Below the pieces are notes generated by a model. It made no database searches, had not been told where the DNA came from, and saw only the letters and a program-made list of their open reading frames with translations. Positions 27,160-36,540 of a stretch of DNA of 64,000 nucleotides are shown here, in pieces. The translations under genes were made by a program, and so were the position numbers. Source of the stretch: Nitrospinales bacterium (lineage in GTDB: Bacteria > Nitrospinota > Nitrospinia > Nitrospinales > VA-1); assembly GCA_965223345.1 (NCBI GenBank), contig CBDCWG010000012.1, positions 1,952,001-2,016,000 of the forward strand, read 5' to 3'. How positions within the stretch are numbered: position 1 is the first letter of the stretch; every line of letters starts with the position of its first letter.

Positions 27160-27176
27160 GCGCATTCTCCTCTCGG

Positions 27177-27232
27177 TCCCGGCATCTTGCACCTATTCTC
27201 CTCCAAGGGGTGCAAGATGCCGGGATTTTTTT
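27177..27232 (+). terminator. Rho-independent terminator
   Basis: 17-bp perfect stem tcccggcatcttgcacc/ggtgcaagatgccggga followed by T7. Confidence 0.85.
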
Positions 27233-27351
27233 CTTCCGCAATGCCCGCTTCCCGGATGCCGGCCCTCTGCGACCGTGATTCGGGATTTTTTTTCGTCCGC
27301 AGGAATTTTCCCCTTATAATGAAAGGCTTTGGTTTTCAGGAAGGGTTTTTT

Positions 27352-27969
27352 GTGTCGGTTATCGGAAATATTCGTTGCTTTTTCGCCGGGCCCGCCCGTT
27401 GGTGGGTTCCCGTTGGCGGCGGGATAGTCTTGTCAGCGCTGCTGTTTGCGGCGTTGCCCGGTTTTGCCGCAGAAGAAGAGAAGGTGCTGGACGTCCAGGT
27501 CTACCTCACCAAAAAGCAGGCTCTGGACATCGCCTTTCCCGGGGCGGACAAGATCGACAAGGAACGCAAGTGGCTCAAGGAGGGGGATGCGGAAGCCATC
27601 GCCTCCCTGCTGGGGCAGAAGATCAAAGAGAACCGGTTCACCTATTACGTGGGCAAAAAGGCCGGCAAGCCCATGGGATACATGGTGATCGACCACATCA
27701 TCGGCAAATCCTTTCCCATCACGTTCATGGTGGTGCTCAACGTGGACGGCACCGTGCGCGACGTGGAAGTGATGGTGTACCGCGAGCCGCGGGGCTGGGA
27801 GGTGCGCTATCCCAACTTCATGAGCCAGTTTTTCGGCCTGAACTCGGAATCGGATTTCCGGGAGATCAACTCCATCACCGGGGCCACCCTTTCGGTGCGC
27901 GCCATCACCCTCGGGGTGAAAAAAGCCGTGTCCGCCTATAAAGTGCTGTATCTGGGGGCGGGCCAGTGA
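27352..27969 (+). CDS. Extracytoplasmic FMN-binding (flavinylated) domain protein
   Basis: N-terminal TM/signal, IGKSFPITFMV, VYREPRGWEV and SITGATLS flavinylation motif; start uncertain. Confidence 0.85.
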   Translation: MSVIGNIRCFFAGPARWWVPVGGGIVLSALLFAALPGFAAEEEKVLDVQVYLTKKQALDIAFPGADKIDKERKWLKEGDAEAIASLLGQKIKENRFTYYVGKKAGKPMGYMVIDHIIGKSFPITFMVVLNVDGTVRDVEVMVYREPRGWEVRYPNFMSQFFGLNSESDFREINSITGATLSVRAITLGVKKAVSAYKVLYLGAGQ

Positions 27970-28000
27970 GCGGGGCCGCCGGCCTCTTGGAGACGACTGC

Positions 28001-28138
28001 ATGGCCAAAGATGAAGGCGAAAAGACCGAAGCAAAGAGCAAAAAAGAGCGGTTGAACTTCATCCTGCTGTTCATCGGTCTCGCGGTGGCGGGGTTTTCCT
28101 TCGCCTGGCACATCGTGCCGCTGTTCTGGGGGCCCTGA
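28001..28138 (+). CDS. 45-aa single-TM small protein (absent from ORF track)
   Basis: GGAG RBS then MAKDEGEKTEAKSKKERLNFILLFIGLAVAGFSFAWHIVPLFWGP*; fills the gap between the FMN-binding and ATP-cone genes. Confidence 0.6.
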   Translation: MAKDEGEKTEAKSKKERLNFILLFIGLAVAGFSFAWHIVPLFWGP

Positions 28139-28141
28139 TCG

Positions 28142-28969
28142 ATGGCGGGACGATCGCTCTCCATCGAAAAGGCCTCCGGCGAGGCGGAACGCTTTTCCGT
28201 CGAAAAACTCACCCATTCCCTGAAACAGGCGGGCGCTTCGACCCGGCTGGCGCAAAAAATCCTGCACGAAGTGCGCAAGCAGATCTATCCCGGCATGCCC
28301 AGCCGCAAGATCTACCGGCTGGCCTTTAACCTGCTGCGCAAGGAATCGCGGCAGGTGGCGGCGCGCTACAGCCTGCGGCGCGCCATCATGTCGCTCGGGC
28401 CCAGCGGCTACCCGTTCGAAAAATTCATCGGCGCGCTGTTTTCCCACAGCGGCTACGAAACCCGGACCGGCGTGACCCTGCCCGGCGCCTGCGTGACCCA
28501 CGAGGTGGACGTGGTGGCCGTGAATTCCGATCACCGGCTGCTGGTGGAATGCAAGTACCACAACCGCGACGGCGTCAAATGCGACGTCAAGACCGCGATG
28601 TACGTGTACGCGCGCTCGCTGGACCTCAAGAACAACCACGACGGCGAGAAATTTTCCGAGTTCTGGCTGGTCACCAACACCAAATTCACCACCGATGCCA
28701 CCGATTACGGCAGTTGCGTCGGCCTCAAGATGCTGAGCTGGACCTACCCCGAAGGCGACACCCTGCAGAACTGGATCGAGCGGCGGGAAGTCCACCCCGT
28801 CACCTGCCTCACGACGCTCAAGCGCCAGCAGAAAAAGGCGCTGCTGAAAAACAATGTCGTGCTCTGCCACGAACTGCTCAACGACCCGCGCCACCTGGAA
28901 GAAATCGGCGTCAAAACCAACCAGATGCGCCGCATCCTCAAGGAAGTCGAAGGTGTGATGGAGATTTAG
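28142..28969 (+). CDS. ATP-cone domain fused to a Mrr-like PD-(D/E)xK nuclease domain
   Basis: IEKASGEAERFSVEKLTHSL (ATP cone), LGPSGYPFEKFI, HEVDVVA...LVECKYH, WLVTNTKFT. Confidence 0.85.
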   Translation: MAGRSLSIEKASGEAERFSVEKLTHSLKQAGASTRLAQKILHEVRKQIYPGMPSRKIYRLAFNLLRKESRQVAARYSLRRAIMSLGPSGYPFEKFIGALFSHSGYETRTGVTLPGACVTHEVDVVAVNSDHRLLVECKYHNRDGVKCDVKTAMYVYARSLDLKNNHDGEKFSEFWLVTNTKFTTDATDYGSCVGLKMLSWTYPEGDTLQNWIERREVHPVTCLTTLKRQQKKALLKNNVVLCHELLNDPRHLEEIGVKTNQMRRILKEVEGVMEI

Positions 28970-28980
28970 GGGAAAAGCGG

Positions 28981-29060
28981 GACAGGATGAACAGGATAAA
29001 AGCGGGATAAAAAAAGAAGGGTTCGCGCAAAGGCGCGAAGGCGCAAAGAAAAGCAAAGAA
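28981..29060 (+). repeat. Left copy of ACAGGAT...CGCGCAAAG-type repeat (IR-B left)
   Basis: gacaggatgaacaggataaaagcg...ttcgcgcaaaggcgcgaaggcgcaaagaa. Confidence 0.8.
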
Positions 29061-29097
29061 CTAAATGCAGACACTCAATGCAGAGGATTAATTGGCT

Positions 29098-29493
29098 ATG
29101 GGACTTTTAGAAACTATTCAAGATGCAATTAAAGTGGTTCAAAAAAGTGACAATATTGAACTAGTTAAAGAAATGATGAGTATTCAATCTGCAGCTTGGG
29201 AATTAGCTGAGGAAAACAAGGATTTAAAAGAAGAAATCAAAGACTTAAAAAGTAAACTTAAAATAAAAGGAAATATATCTTTTAAAAACAATGCATATTG
29301 GATAGAGATGGAGGGAAATACACCAGAAGGTCCATTTTGTTCGGGATGCTGGGATAAAGAAAAAAATACAATAAGACTACATTTAAATAAGCCCCAGTCT
29401 CATGGTACGTGTCCGGTATGCAAAACTGGTGTTACTATAGATCATAATTACAAATCGCCAACCCCGTCCATCCCAAAATTGGAAAGATTTTAG
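29098..29493 (+). CDS. AT-rich hypothetical protein, coiled coil plus zinc ribbon
   Basis: LAEENKDLKEEIKDLKSKL; GPFCSGCW ... CPVC. Confidence 0.75.
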   Translation: MGLLETIQDAIKVVQKSDNIELVKEMMSIQSAAWELAEENKDLKEEIKDLKSKLKIKGNISFKNNAYWIEMEGNTPEGPFCSGCWDKEKNTIRLHLNKPQSHGTCPVCKTGVTIDHNYKSPTPSIPKLERF

Positions 29494-29607
29494 ATCTCTT
29501 AGAATTGTTAAAATAGCCCACTAAAACTTACCTCTCAACCCCGCCCTTGACGACATTTAGCTCTCTATAATTAAGGCAAGCCTTGACTTTAAATAGATGT
29601 TCCTTTT

Positions 29608-29668
29608 CTGCATTTCTTTGCGGCTTGGCGTCTTTGCGCGAGATCGCTTTTTATCCTGTTATCCTGTC
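29608..29668 (-). repeat. Right copy of ACAGGAT...CGCGCAAAG-type repeat (IR-B right)
   Basis: Reverse complement reads gacaggataacaggataaaaagcgatctcgcgcaaagacgccaagccgcaaagaaatgcag. Confidence 0.8.
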
Positions 29669-29675
29669 CAATTTT

Positions 29676-30665
29676 TTACTCAATCAATCCCTCAATCGCT
29701 TCAGCGACTCGGTGGATGCCGCGGCCGTCGATGCACTGTTTTCCCCTCTGGCTCAGGGTTTCCCGTTCTTCCTTTTTCAGATTCAATAAAGGTGGAATCT
29801 TTTCGGGGTCGAAGTTGTGCGCCAGTCCGAGGTTGACGCACGCGCCTTTTTCCTCCAGCCCCCGGGCTTTTTCCTCCTGATGCGGCACCTGGCTGACGAC
29901 AAACGCCGGGGTGCCCACCGCCAGCGCTTCGTGCAGGGTGACGCCGCCGGCGCAGAAGATCGCATCGTGCGCGAAGATCAGCTTTGCCATTTCATTCGTA
30001 CCCGGCACGATTGCAAACGATTCGCGCGAGGCTGCGGTTTTTTCCAGTGCTTCCCGGTCCTCGAAGCCGGGTCCGGCGAGGAAGGTGACCGCGAGGTTTG
30101 CATCGGCCTGTGCAAGGATTTCCGCAAGCCGTGTCGTCAAGCGGTTGGGGTCGGTGCCGCCCATGCTGACCAGCAGTTTCTGGATTCGTTCGGGAAACGT
30201 TTTTTCCTTTTGATTGAACTCGGCGAACGCGGGGGCGATGACGCTGTAGGGCAGCCCGAACAGGGTTTTCATGCCGGGTTCCACCCGCTCGTTCTCTTTC
30301 TCGTCCAGGTTGCAGTCGATCAACAGATCCACTCTGTTGCGGCCGCCTTTCAGATCCTCGAACGTGACGACCTTGTCCGCCTGTGTGCGCAGCCGTTCGA
30401 TGAAGGCGGCGTTGGTGTCCTTCATGTCGAGGATCACCAGATCGAAGTGCCGGTCGCCGCTTTCCGGCAGGCCGCAATCGGCATCCACGATTTCAACGGT
30501 GAACCCGGCTTTTTCCAAAAGTGTGATTGAAGGCGCGTGCTGTGGGATGAAAAACCGCACGCCCAGGCCTTTTTCGCGCAGCACCCCGGCGAGGTGGCGC
30601 TGGCGCAGCACGTGTCCCATGCCCCAGGCGGTGGAGGCGTTGCAGCGGATGGCGATTTCAGGCAT
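29676..30665 (-). CDS. PseG/SpsG-like UDP-sugar hydrolase / GT-B fold protein
   Basis: IAIRCNASTAWGMGHVLR, LVSMGGTDP, AGGVTLHEALAVGTP...HQ. Confidence 0.8.
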   Translation of the reverse strand: MPEIAIRCNASTAWGMGHVLRQRHLAGVLREKGLGVRFFIPQHAPSITLLEKAGFTVEIVDADCGLPESGDRHFDLVILDMKDTNAAFIERLRTQADKVVTFEDLKGGRNRVDLLIDCNLDEKENERVEPGMKTLFGLPYSVIAPAFAEFNQKEKTFPERIQKLLVSMGGTDPNRLTTRLAEILAQADANLAVTFLAGPGFEDREALEKTAASRESFAIVPGTNEMAKLIFAHDAIFCAGGVTLHEALAVGTPAFVVSQVPHQEEKARGLEEKGACVNLGLAHNFDPEKIPPLLNLKKEERETLSQRGKQCIDGRGIHRVAEAIEGLIE

Positions 30666-31623
30666 GCGGGGTGAGGCTTTCCTTGTTGGCGGTGGCGTTG
30701 ATCTTCGCCAGGATCTCCCGGTCTGTGAATTGCACGGCGGTTTTCTCCCGCCTGCGTCCCTTGAGCGCCTGCGGCAGGCGTTTGAGCGCCATGTAAAACG
30801 CGATCCAGAAGCGCGATTTCAAACCCAGCAGATCGCGCAATAAAAATGCGGGGATGAAGATGAGAAATTCCAGCGTGTAGTCCGGGTCGAGGATGTTTTT
30901 CCAGACGAACAGGTAATTGTTGCGGGCGGAGATCAGGCCGATGCGGCGGCGTTTTTCCTGGCGGCTGATGGTGGACTGCACTTTGTGGTAGGCGATGGAT
31001 TCGGGCTCGTAGACCACCCGCCAGCCGCGTTTCTGCGCGCGGTAGGATAGATCGATCTCCTCGTAGTAAAGCGGATGGTACATCGTATCGAAGCCGCCCA
31101 GCTCCAGATAGCGCTCTTTTTCCACCATGAACGCGCCGCCGCAGGCGAACAGGGTCTGGCTGGTGTCGTCTTGCTCTTTCTCGTACAGGTAGAAATGCCC
31201 CTTGCGGAAAGTGCCGCCGCGGTTGCCGTATAAAAAGGTCGTGCCGTCGAAGGCGAAGATCTTGCCGCTGGCGGCGAACACGGCGCCCGGTTGGTCGAAA
31301 TGGCGCGCGAGATGTGAGAGCGCCTGCTCGTGCAGCTTGATGTCGTTGTTCATCGGCATCACGACGCGCGAATCGGCGAGCGCCACGGCGTGGTTGTTGG
31401 CTCCCTGAAAGCCCAGGTTCTTCGGCGTCTTCTCGCGCCGCACCGTGGGGAACTCGCGTTCCAGCATGTCCAGGCTGTCGTCGCTGCTGCAATCGTCGAT
31501 CACCAGCACTTCGTAGCTGCGGGCGTTGTCGAACGCCACCGCCGCCAGCACCGAGGGCAGGCATTCGATGAGCAGGTCGCGCCCGTTCCAGTTGGTGATG
31601 ATGAGGGTGATGTCCGGTTTCAT
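30658..31623 (-). CDS. GT2 glycosyltransferase (WbbL-like)
   Basis: IITNWNG, DDCSSDDS, NLGF, MNNDI, GGFD...YYEEIDLSYRA. Confidence 0.9.
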   Translation of the reverse strand: MKPDITLIITNWNGRDLLIECLPSVLAAVAFDNARSYEVLVIDDCSSDDSLDMLEREFPTVRREKTPKNLGFQGANNHAVALADSRVVMPMNNDIKLHEQALSHLARHFDQPGAVFAASGKIFAFDGTTFLYGNRGGTFRKGHFYLYEKEQDDTSQTLFACGGAFMVEKERYLELGGFDTMYHPLYYEEIDLSYRAQKRGWRVVYEPESIAYHKVQSTISRQEKRRRIGLISARNNYLFVWKNILDPDYTLEFLIFIPAFLLRDLLGLKSRFWIAFYMALKRLPQALKGRRREKTAVQFTDREILAKINATANKESLTPHA

Positions 31624-32690
31624 AGCCCGGTCAGCATGCGGTCGATGATGTCGATCACCTCCGCTTCGCCGTCCAGCCGCACCTTGCCTTTCATCGGGAT
31701 GGCTTTCGCCGTGTCGATTTCCTCGCGCCAGTCGCAGCCGTAGAATTTGTCCGACTCGAAGATCATACCGACGCGGTTGTCGTACAGGTACTGCTTCATC
31801 ACTTCGAATTCGTAGAAATGCTTGCGCGAGCAGGAGAGGACCGGTTTTTCATGCGCGAACGCCGAGGCGAGGGTGGAATAGCCCGCCTTGGTGAGCACGA
31901 TGTCCGAGGAGGCGATGAGGTCCTGGTACAAAAAGCGGTCTGTGAGCACGTGCAGGTTTGGCACGTTTTTGGGCAATGGGTCGCGGGTGATGAACACGCA
32001 GTCGCTGAGCTTATTGAGATTGTCCCATTCCAGGTTCTGCGCGCCGCTGTCTCCCAGGTAGATGAAGACCAGGGTTTTGTCCTTTAAGGAAGTGGAAAAG
32101 GCTTCCTCCAGCTCCCGGCGGCGGTTTTTGCCTTTGCGCGCGATGAAACCCACTTCCTGCTTGTTCTCGATCAGCGGCGTGTCGATGTGGCATTGCGGCA
32201 AGATCTGCATCGAGGCCTGGGCGTATTCCTCGCGCAGCGATTGCAGCAGGTGCTTCCATTTCTGCGCCTGCGGCAAGCGAGAGTGGATGTCGTACCAGGT
32301 GAAGTTGGCGATGAGCAGCGTCGGGATGCCCAGCGCGCGGCCGGCCTTCAACGGCGCGCTGGCGATGTCGGTCACGATGAGGTCGATGTGGTTTTCCTCC
32401 AGCCAGCGCGACTCGGCATCGATCCGTTGCGCGGCGTTCTGGGAAAACTGTTCGAGGGCCTGAAAGGTTTTGGCGACGTCGATGCGGATGAAATCCTGCT
32501 GGATGCATCCCACGTCGATGGGTTCGGCGATGTGCTGGTAGTCGCCTTTCAGGTAGATGCCGAAGTATTGCGAAGGGATCTCGGACTTGATGTGGACGCC
32601 GTATTTTTCCAGCAGCTTTTCGAGAATCACCGTGGAGCGGGCCGCGTGCCCGTAACCGTGCGCACTTATATAATAAGCGATGCGTTTGAT
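31620..32690 (-). CDS. GT-B fold glycosyltransferase (L-arabinokinase N-terminal-like); probable ATC start
   Basis: In-frame IKRIAYYISAHGYGHAAR lies upstream of the track start at 32630; DVGCIQ, IANFTW, DLIASSDIVLTKAGYST. Confidence 0.8.
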   Translation of the reverse strand: MKRIAYYISAHGYGHAARSTVILEKLLEKYGVHIKSEIPSQYFGIYLKGDYQHIAEPIDVGCIQQDFIRIDVAKTFQALEQFSQNAAQRIDAESRWLEENHIDLIVTDIASAPLKAGRALGIPTLLIANFTWYDIHSRLPQAQKWKHLLQSLREEYAQASMQILPQCHIDTPLIENKQEVGFIARKGKNRRRELEEAFSTSLKDKTLVFIYLGDSGAQNLEWDNLNKLSDCVFITRDPLPKNVPNLHVLTDRFLYQDLIASSDIVLTKAGYSTLASAFAHEKPVLSCSRKHFYEFEVMKQYLYDNRVGMIFESDKFYGCDWREEIDTAKAIPMKGKVRLDGEAEVIDIIDRMLTGL

Positions 32691-32741
32691 GGTGTTTCCT
32701 GGTGAGAGGGTGCGAGGCGGTCCGGGACGGGCCGGGAAGCC

Positions 32742-33410
32742 TCAGGATTTTTCGGATTCGGGTTTTTTGGCTTTGTACTCGAACTGACACATCTGCCCCA
32801 GCTTGCGGAACAGGTTGGTGAGCTTCAGATCGACGTATTCCTCACGCGCTTTCCAGGGAAGCTGGTCGAACATGCAGGCGGTTTCGATGTAATCGGTCCT
32901 GCCGAAGCGAATGAAGAACTCGGCGAACCAGCATTTCTTCATTTTGTAGGTCCAGCGTTTCTCGTCGGCTTTTTTGTGCTCCAGCAGAAAATGCTGCCAG
33001 GTGTGGGTTTCATCGACGAGGGGCTGCTGGTTGTCCACGAACGCTTTGAACGGATTGTCTGCGCCGCGTTCCGCCTCCACCAGTTTGTCGCGCTCCGGTT
33101 TCTGCCAGGCATCGAGAGCGGCGGTGATGTTTTCCCGGGCCCGGTCCACACGGATGTTGTAGTCGTCCAGGATGTTGTGGCTGGCGTACATGAAGATCCC
33201 CACGGTGGTCAGGAACTGCTCCTCCGGGGGCAGCGTGTCGCCGTTTTCGTACTTCCACAGCTCGATGAAGCGTTTGCGGAACAGGTCTTTATCGATGTCC
33301 GTTCCCTCGACGTTCAGATGTTCGAGGATGGGCTCGAAACGGGCTGCGATTTCAGAGTCCTGGGCGGTTTCCGGGGTTTCGGTTTGTTCGTTCATCGTCT
33401 CGGGGCTCAC
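32742..33410 (-). CDS. L-2-amino-thiazoline-4-carboxylate hydrolase-like (ATC_hydrolase) protein
   Basis: MKKCWFAEFF...ACMFD...GQMCQFEY three-Cys pattern. Confidence 0.65.
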   Translation of the reverse strand: MSPETMNEQTETPETAQDSEIAARFEPILEHLNVEGTDIDKDLFRKRFIELWKYENGDTLPPEEQFLTTVGIFMYASHNILDDYNIRVDRARENITAALDAWQKPERDKLVEAERGADNPFKAFVDNQQPLVDETHTWQHFLLEHKKADEKRWTYKMKKCWFAEFFIRFGRTDYIETACMFDQLPWKAREEYVDLKLTNLFRKLGQMCQFEYKAKKPESEKS

Positions 33411-33664
33411 TCGGGCAAGAAGGGCTGACGCGTTTAAAAAGTTTTATTTCAAAGATTTTATTTTTTAAAATAGCATATCCCCAAATTCCGGATCAAGCAG
33501 AATAGCAGGGGCCGGGCACCCCGTAAAAATCCGTATGCCCTTGATATAAAAGTAAATCGGGGAATCATGGAATCCTTTTTGCGCAAAATCAATCCTATCT
33601 GGCTTGGGGGCGCATGGGAATGAACGGGCGGCGGGTTCCCGCGAAATGAAAGAATATCCGATTG

Positions 33665-34777
33665 ATGAAGCAGACTGAATACGATGTGGTGGTGATCGGG
33701 GCGGGCGTGATCGGTCACAGCACGGCTTTCCGGCTCAAGCGCACGCAGCCGCGGCTTGCGGTCGCGGTGCTGGGAGACCCGGTGAACTCGCTCATGGCGT
33801 CGCGGGCGGCGGCGGGGATGCTGGCCCCGTTCGGGGAATGCAGCGAGGCGGACCGGTTTTTCGAATTCTGCCGCCAGTCGCTGGACATGTTTCCCGCCTT
33901 CATCGACGAACTGGTTTCGGTGAGCGGAACGCCGGTGCACCTTTCGATGCGGGGATCGCTCATGCCCTCCTTCATGTTCGAGGGCGCGTGGGACGAGCGC
34001 AAGCGGTTTTTCCGCGAGCAGAACATCCCGCACGAGGTGTGGCCGCAGCAGACCGTGCGGGAGCGCGCTCCGTACCTTTCCGAGCGCTGCGGCGAGGTGT
34101 TGTGGGTGGGCGAGGGCCAGGTCAACAACCGCCAGATGCACGACGCCCTGGCTCAGGCGGCGGAGCGCCTGGGGATCGATGTGCTGGGGCAGAATGTGAC
34201 CGGCTTCCTCAAAAACGGAACCTGTCTGGAAGGCGTTCGCACCGATTCGGGCGCGGTGCGCGGGCAAAAATTCCTGCTGGCGTCCGGCAGCTGGTCGAAG
34301 GAGCTGGGCGACGTGCTCGGGGTCTCGATGCCGCTCAAACCCATCAAGGGGCAGATGTGCCGGGTGAAAGCCGAGCCGAACCGGCTGCCCTACACGGTGC
34401 ACGGCCTTTTGACCTACATCGCGCCCTGGCAGGAGGGGCAGGGTTTCGTGCTCGGTTCGACGATGGAAGACCGCGGTTTCGACGCCTCGGTGGAAGCGGA
34501 CGTCATCCAGAAGCTGATCGACAACGCGGCGGCGATCCTGCCCTGCATACGCGAAGCGCCGCTCATCGAGTCCTGGACCGGGCTGCGGCCGGCGGCCGAG
34601 GACCTGATGCCGGTGATGGGAAAAAGCGCGCGCTACCCGAACCTGTATTATTCGACCGGGCATTTCAGGAACGGAATTTTGCAGACCCCCAACCAGGCCG
34701 AGTACATGGCCGGGGTCATTCTGGAAAGCGGGCAACAGGAAATCCCGGAATTTTCTCCCGGACGTTATGACCTTTGA
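33665..34777 (+). CDS. thiO: Glycine oxidase
   Basis: GAGVIG, ASRAAAGML, PIKGQ, WTGLRP, GHFRNGIL. Confidence 0.85.
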   Translation: MKQTEYDVVVIGAGVIGHSTAFRLKRTQPRLAVAVLGDPVNSLMASRAAAGMLAPFGECSEADRFFEFCRQSLDMFPAFIDELVSVSGTPVHLSMRGSLMPSFMFEGAWDERKRFFREQNIPHEVWPQQTVRERAPYLSERCGEVLWVGEGQVNNRQMHDALAQAAERLGIDVLGQNVTGFLKNGTCLEGVRTDSGAVRGQKFLLASGSWSKELGDVLGVSMPLKPIKGQMCRVKAEPNRLPYTVHGLLTYIAPWQEGQGFVLGSTMEDRGFDASVEADVIQKLIDNAAAILPCIREAPLIESWTGLRPAAEDLMPVMGKSARYPNLYYSTGHFRNGILQTPNQAEYMAGVILESGQQEIPEFSPGRYDL

Positions 34778-34798
34778 TTCTTGTTTGTGCAGGCAACG

Positions 34799-36160
34799 AT
34801 GACGACGACGTTTAAAACCGATGCGGATCTGGTGCGGGATTTCCACAACGTGTGGCATCCCTGCACGCAGAGCAAGGATCACGAAACCACGCCGCCGCTT
34901 CTGATCGAACGGGCCGAGGGGCTGTATCTTTACGACCGGGACGGCAAGGCCTACCTCGACGTCATCGCCTCCTGGTGGGTGAACCTATTCGGCCACAACC
35001 ACCCGCGCCTCAACGCGGCGATCAAAAACCAGTTGGAAAAGGTGGCGCACGTGATGTTCGCAGGCGTCACCCACAAACCGGCGATCGACCTCGCCGCAAA
35101 ACTGGTGGAGCTCACACCGGACAATCTCGGCAAGGTGTTCTTTTCGGACAACGGCTCGACATCGATCGAGGTCGCGTTGAAGATGAGCCTGCAGTACTGG
35201 CTGCAGAGCGGGCAGGGCGAGCGCAACCGCTTTGTGTATGTGAAAGGCGGCTATCATGGGGAAACGCTGGGCGCGCTTTCCGTGTGCGGGCTGGATCTGT
35301 TTCGCGACAAGTTCGAGCCGGTGCTGGCGCGTCATATCGAGGTTGCGGGGCCCGACTGCTACCGCTGCCCGTACGGGCTCAAGCGCGAAAGCTGCGATGC
35401 GGAATGCTTCGAGCCGATGGAACAAACGCTCGCCGAAAAGCACCGCTCCGTCGCCGCGGTCATCATCGAACCTCTGGTGCAGGGTGCCGCGGGCATGAAG
35501 ATGTACCCGCCGCGTTACCTGGAAAAGCTCATGCAGGCCTGCGATGCGTACGGGGTGCACAGCATTTTCGACGAGATCGCCGTCGGGTTCGGCCGTACGG
35601 GCGGATTGTTCGTGTGCGGCGATCTCAACCTCAGGCCGACGTTTCTGTGCCTGTCCAAAGGGATCACCTCCGGCTACCTGCCGCTGGCGGTGACCCTCAC
35701 CGAGGATGCGATCCACGCGGCGTTTTACGACGACTTTGCGACGATGAAGTGGTTCATCCACAGCCACAGCTATTCGGCGAACCCGCTGGCTTCGGCCTGC
35801 GCGAACGAGACGCTCGCGCTGTTGACGGAGCCCGGATTCTGGCAGGATCTTGCACCGAAGATGCAGGCGCTGGCGGAGTGCGGCAAAGTGTTTGCAGGAA
35901 TGCCGGGTGTCGGCGAGTTTCGCCAGACCGGGATGATCGCGGCGGTGGAGCTGGTGCGCGATGCGGTGAGCAAGGAACCGTTCGCCCTGGAGGAGCGCGT
36001 GGGGTACCGGATTTATCTTGAAGGGCTGAAGCGCGGCGTCTTCATGCGCCCGCTGGGCAACGTGATCTACTTCATTCCGCCGCTGACAATTTCGGTTGAA
36101 CAAATACAATTCATGATCGATACTGCCCGCGACTGCATCCGCGCCGTGCTCGAAAGGTAA
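34799..36160 (+). CDS. bioA: Adenosylmethionine-8-amino-7-oxononanoate transaminase
   Basis: VWHPCTQ, SWWVNLFGH, DNGSTSIEVALK, YHGET, DEIAVGFGRTG, SKGITSG, RPLGNV. Confidence 0.96.
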   Translation: MTTTFKTDADLVRDFHNVWHPCTQSKDHETTPPLLIERAEGLYLYDRDGKAYLDVIASWWVNLFGHNHPRLNAAIKNQLEKVAHVMFAGVTHKPAIDLAAKLVELTPDNLGKVFFSDNGSTSIEVALKMSLQYWLQSGQGERNRFVYVKGGYHGETLGALSVCGLDLFRDKFEPVLARHIEVAGPDCYRCPYGLKRESCDAECFEPMEQTLAEKHRSVAAVIIEPLVQGAAGMKMYPPRYLEKLMQACDAYGVHSIFDEIAVGFGRTGGLFVCGDLNLRPTFLCLSKGITSGYLPLAVTLTEDAIHAAFYDDFATMKWFIHSHSYSANPLASACANETLALLTEPGFWQDLAPKMQALAECGKVFAGMPGVGEFRQTGMIAAVELVRDAVSKEPFALEERVGYRIYLEGLKRGVFMRPLGNVIYFIPPLTISVEQIQFMIDTARDCIRAVLER

Positions 36161-36163
36161 CCC

Positions 36164-36532
36164 ATGTATGAAGTGAAGGTGGAGACGAAATTTTCCGCGG
36201 CGCACCAGCTGCGCGGCTACGACGGCAAGTACGAAAACCTGCACGGCCACAACTGGGGCGCGACGGTGATCGTCGAGGCCGAATCCCTGGATTCCATCGG
36301 CGTGGGCATCGATTTCGTCGTGCTCAAGCAGAAGGTCGAGGCGATCCTCGCGAAACTCGACTACAAAAACATCAACGAAATCCCGCCCTTCGACACGCAG
36401 AACCCTTCTGCGGAAAACATCGCGCGCTGGGTGTTCGAGCAGTTGAGCTCCGACATCAACGCGCAAGGCCGCCGCGTCAAGCGGGTGGAGATCCGCGAGA
36501 TGGACGAATGCGGTGCGGCTTACTTTGAGTGA
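36164..36532 (+). CDS. queD: 6-carboxytetrahydropterin synthase
   Basis: FSAAHQL, LHGHNW, IDF, NPSAENIA. Confidence 0.9.
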   Translation: MYEVKVETKFSAAHQLRGYDGKYENLHGHNWGATVIVEAESLDSIGVGIDFVVLKQKVEAILAKLDYKNINEIPPFDTQNPSAENIARWVFEQLSSDINAQGRRVKRVEIREMDECGAAYFE

Positions 36533-36540
36533 TTCTGGTT

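Noticed and set aside
32690..32744. Selenocysteine read-through of the in-frame TGA
   Set aside because: The TGA follows a charged unconserved tail rather than a Cys-equivalent position, and no convincing bacterial SECIS follows
34799..36160. PLP enzyme as the missing serine palmitoyltransferase
   Set aside because: Motifs are class III aminotransferase BioA (WHP, SWW, YHGET), not AOS family
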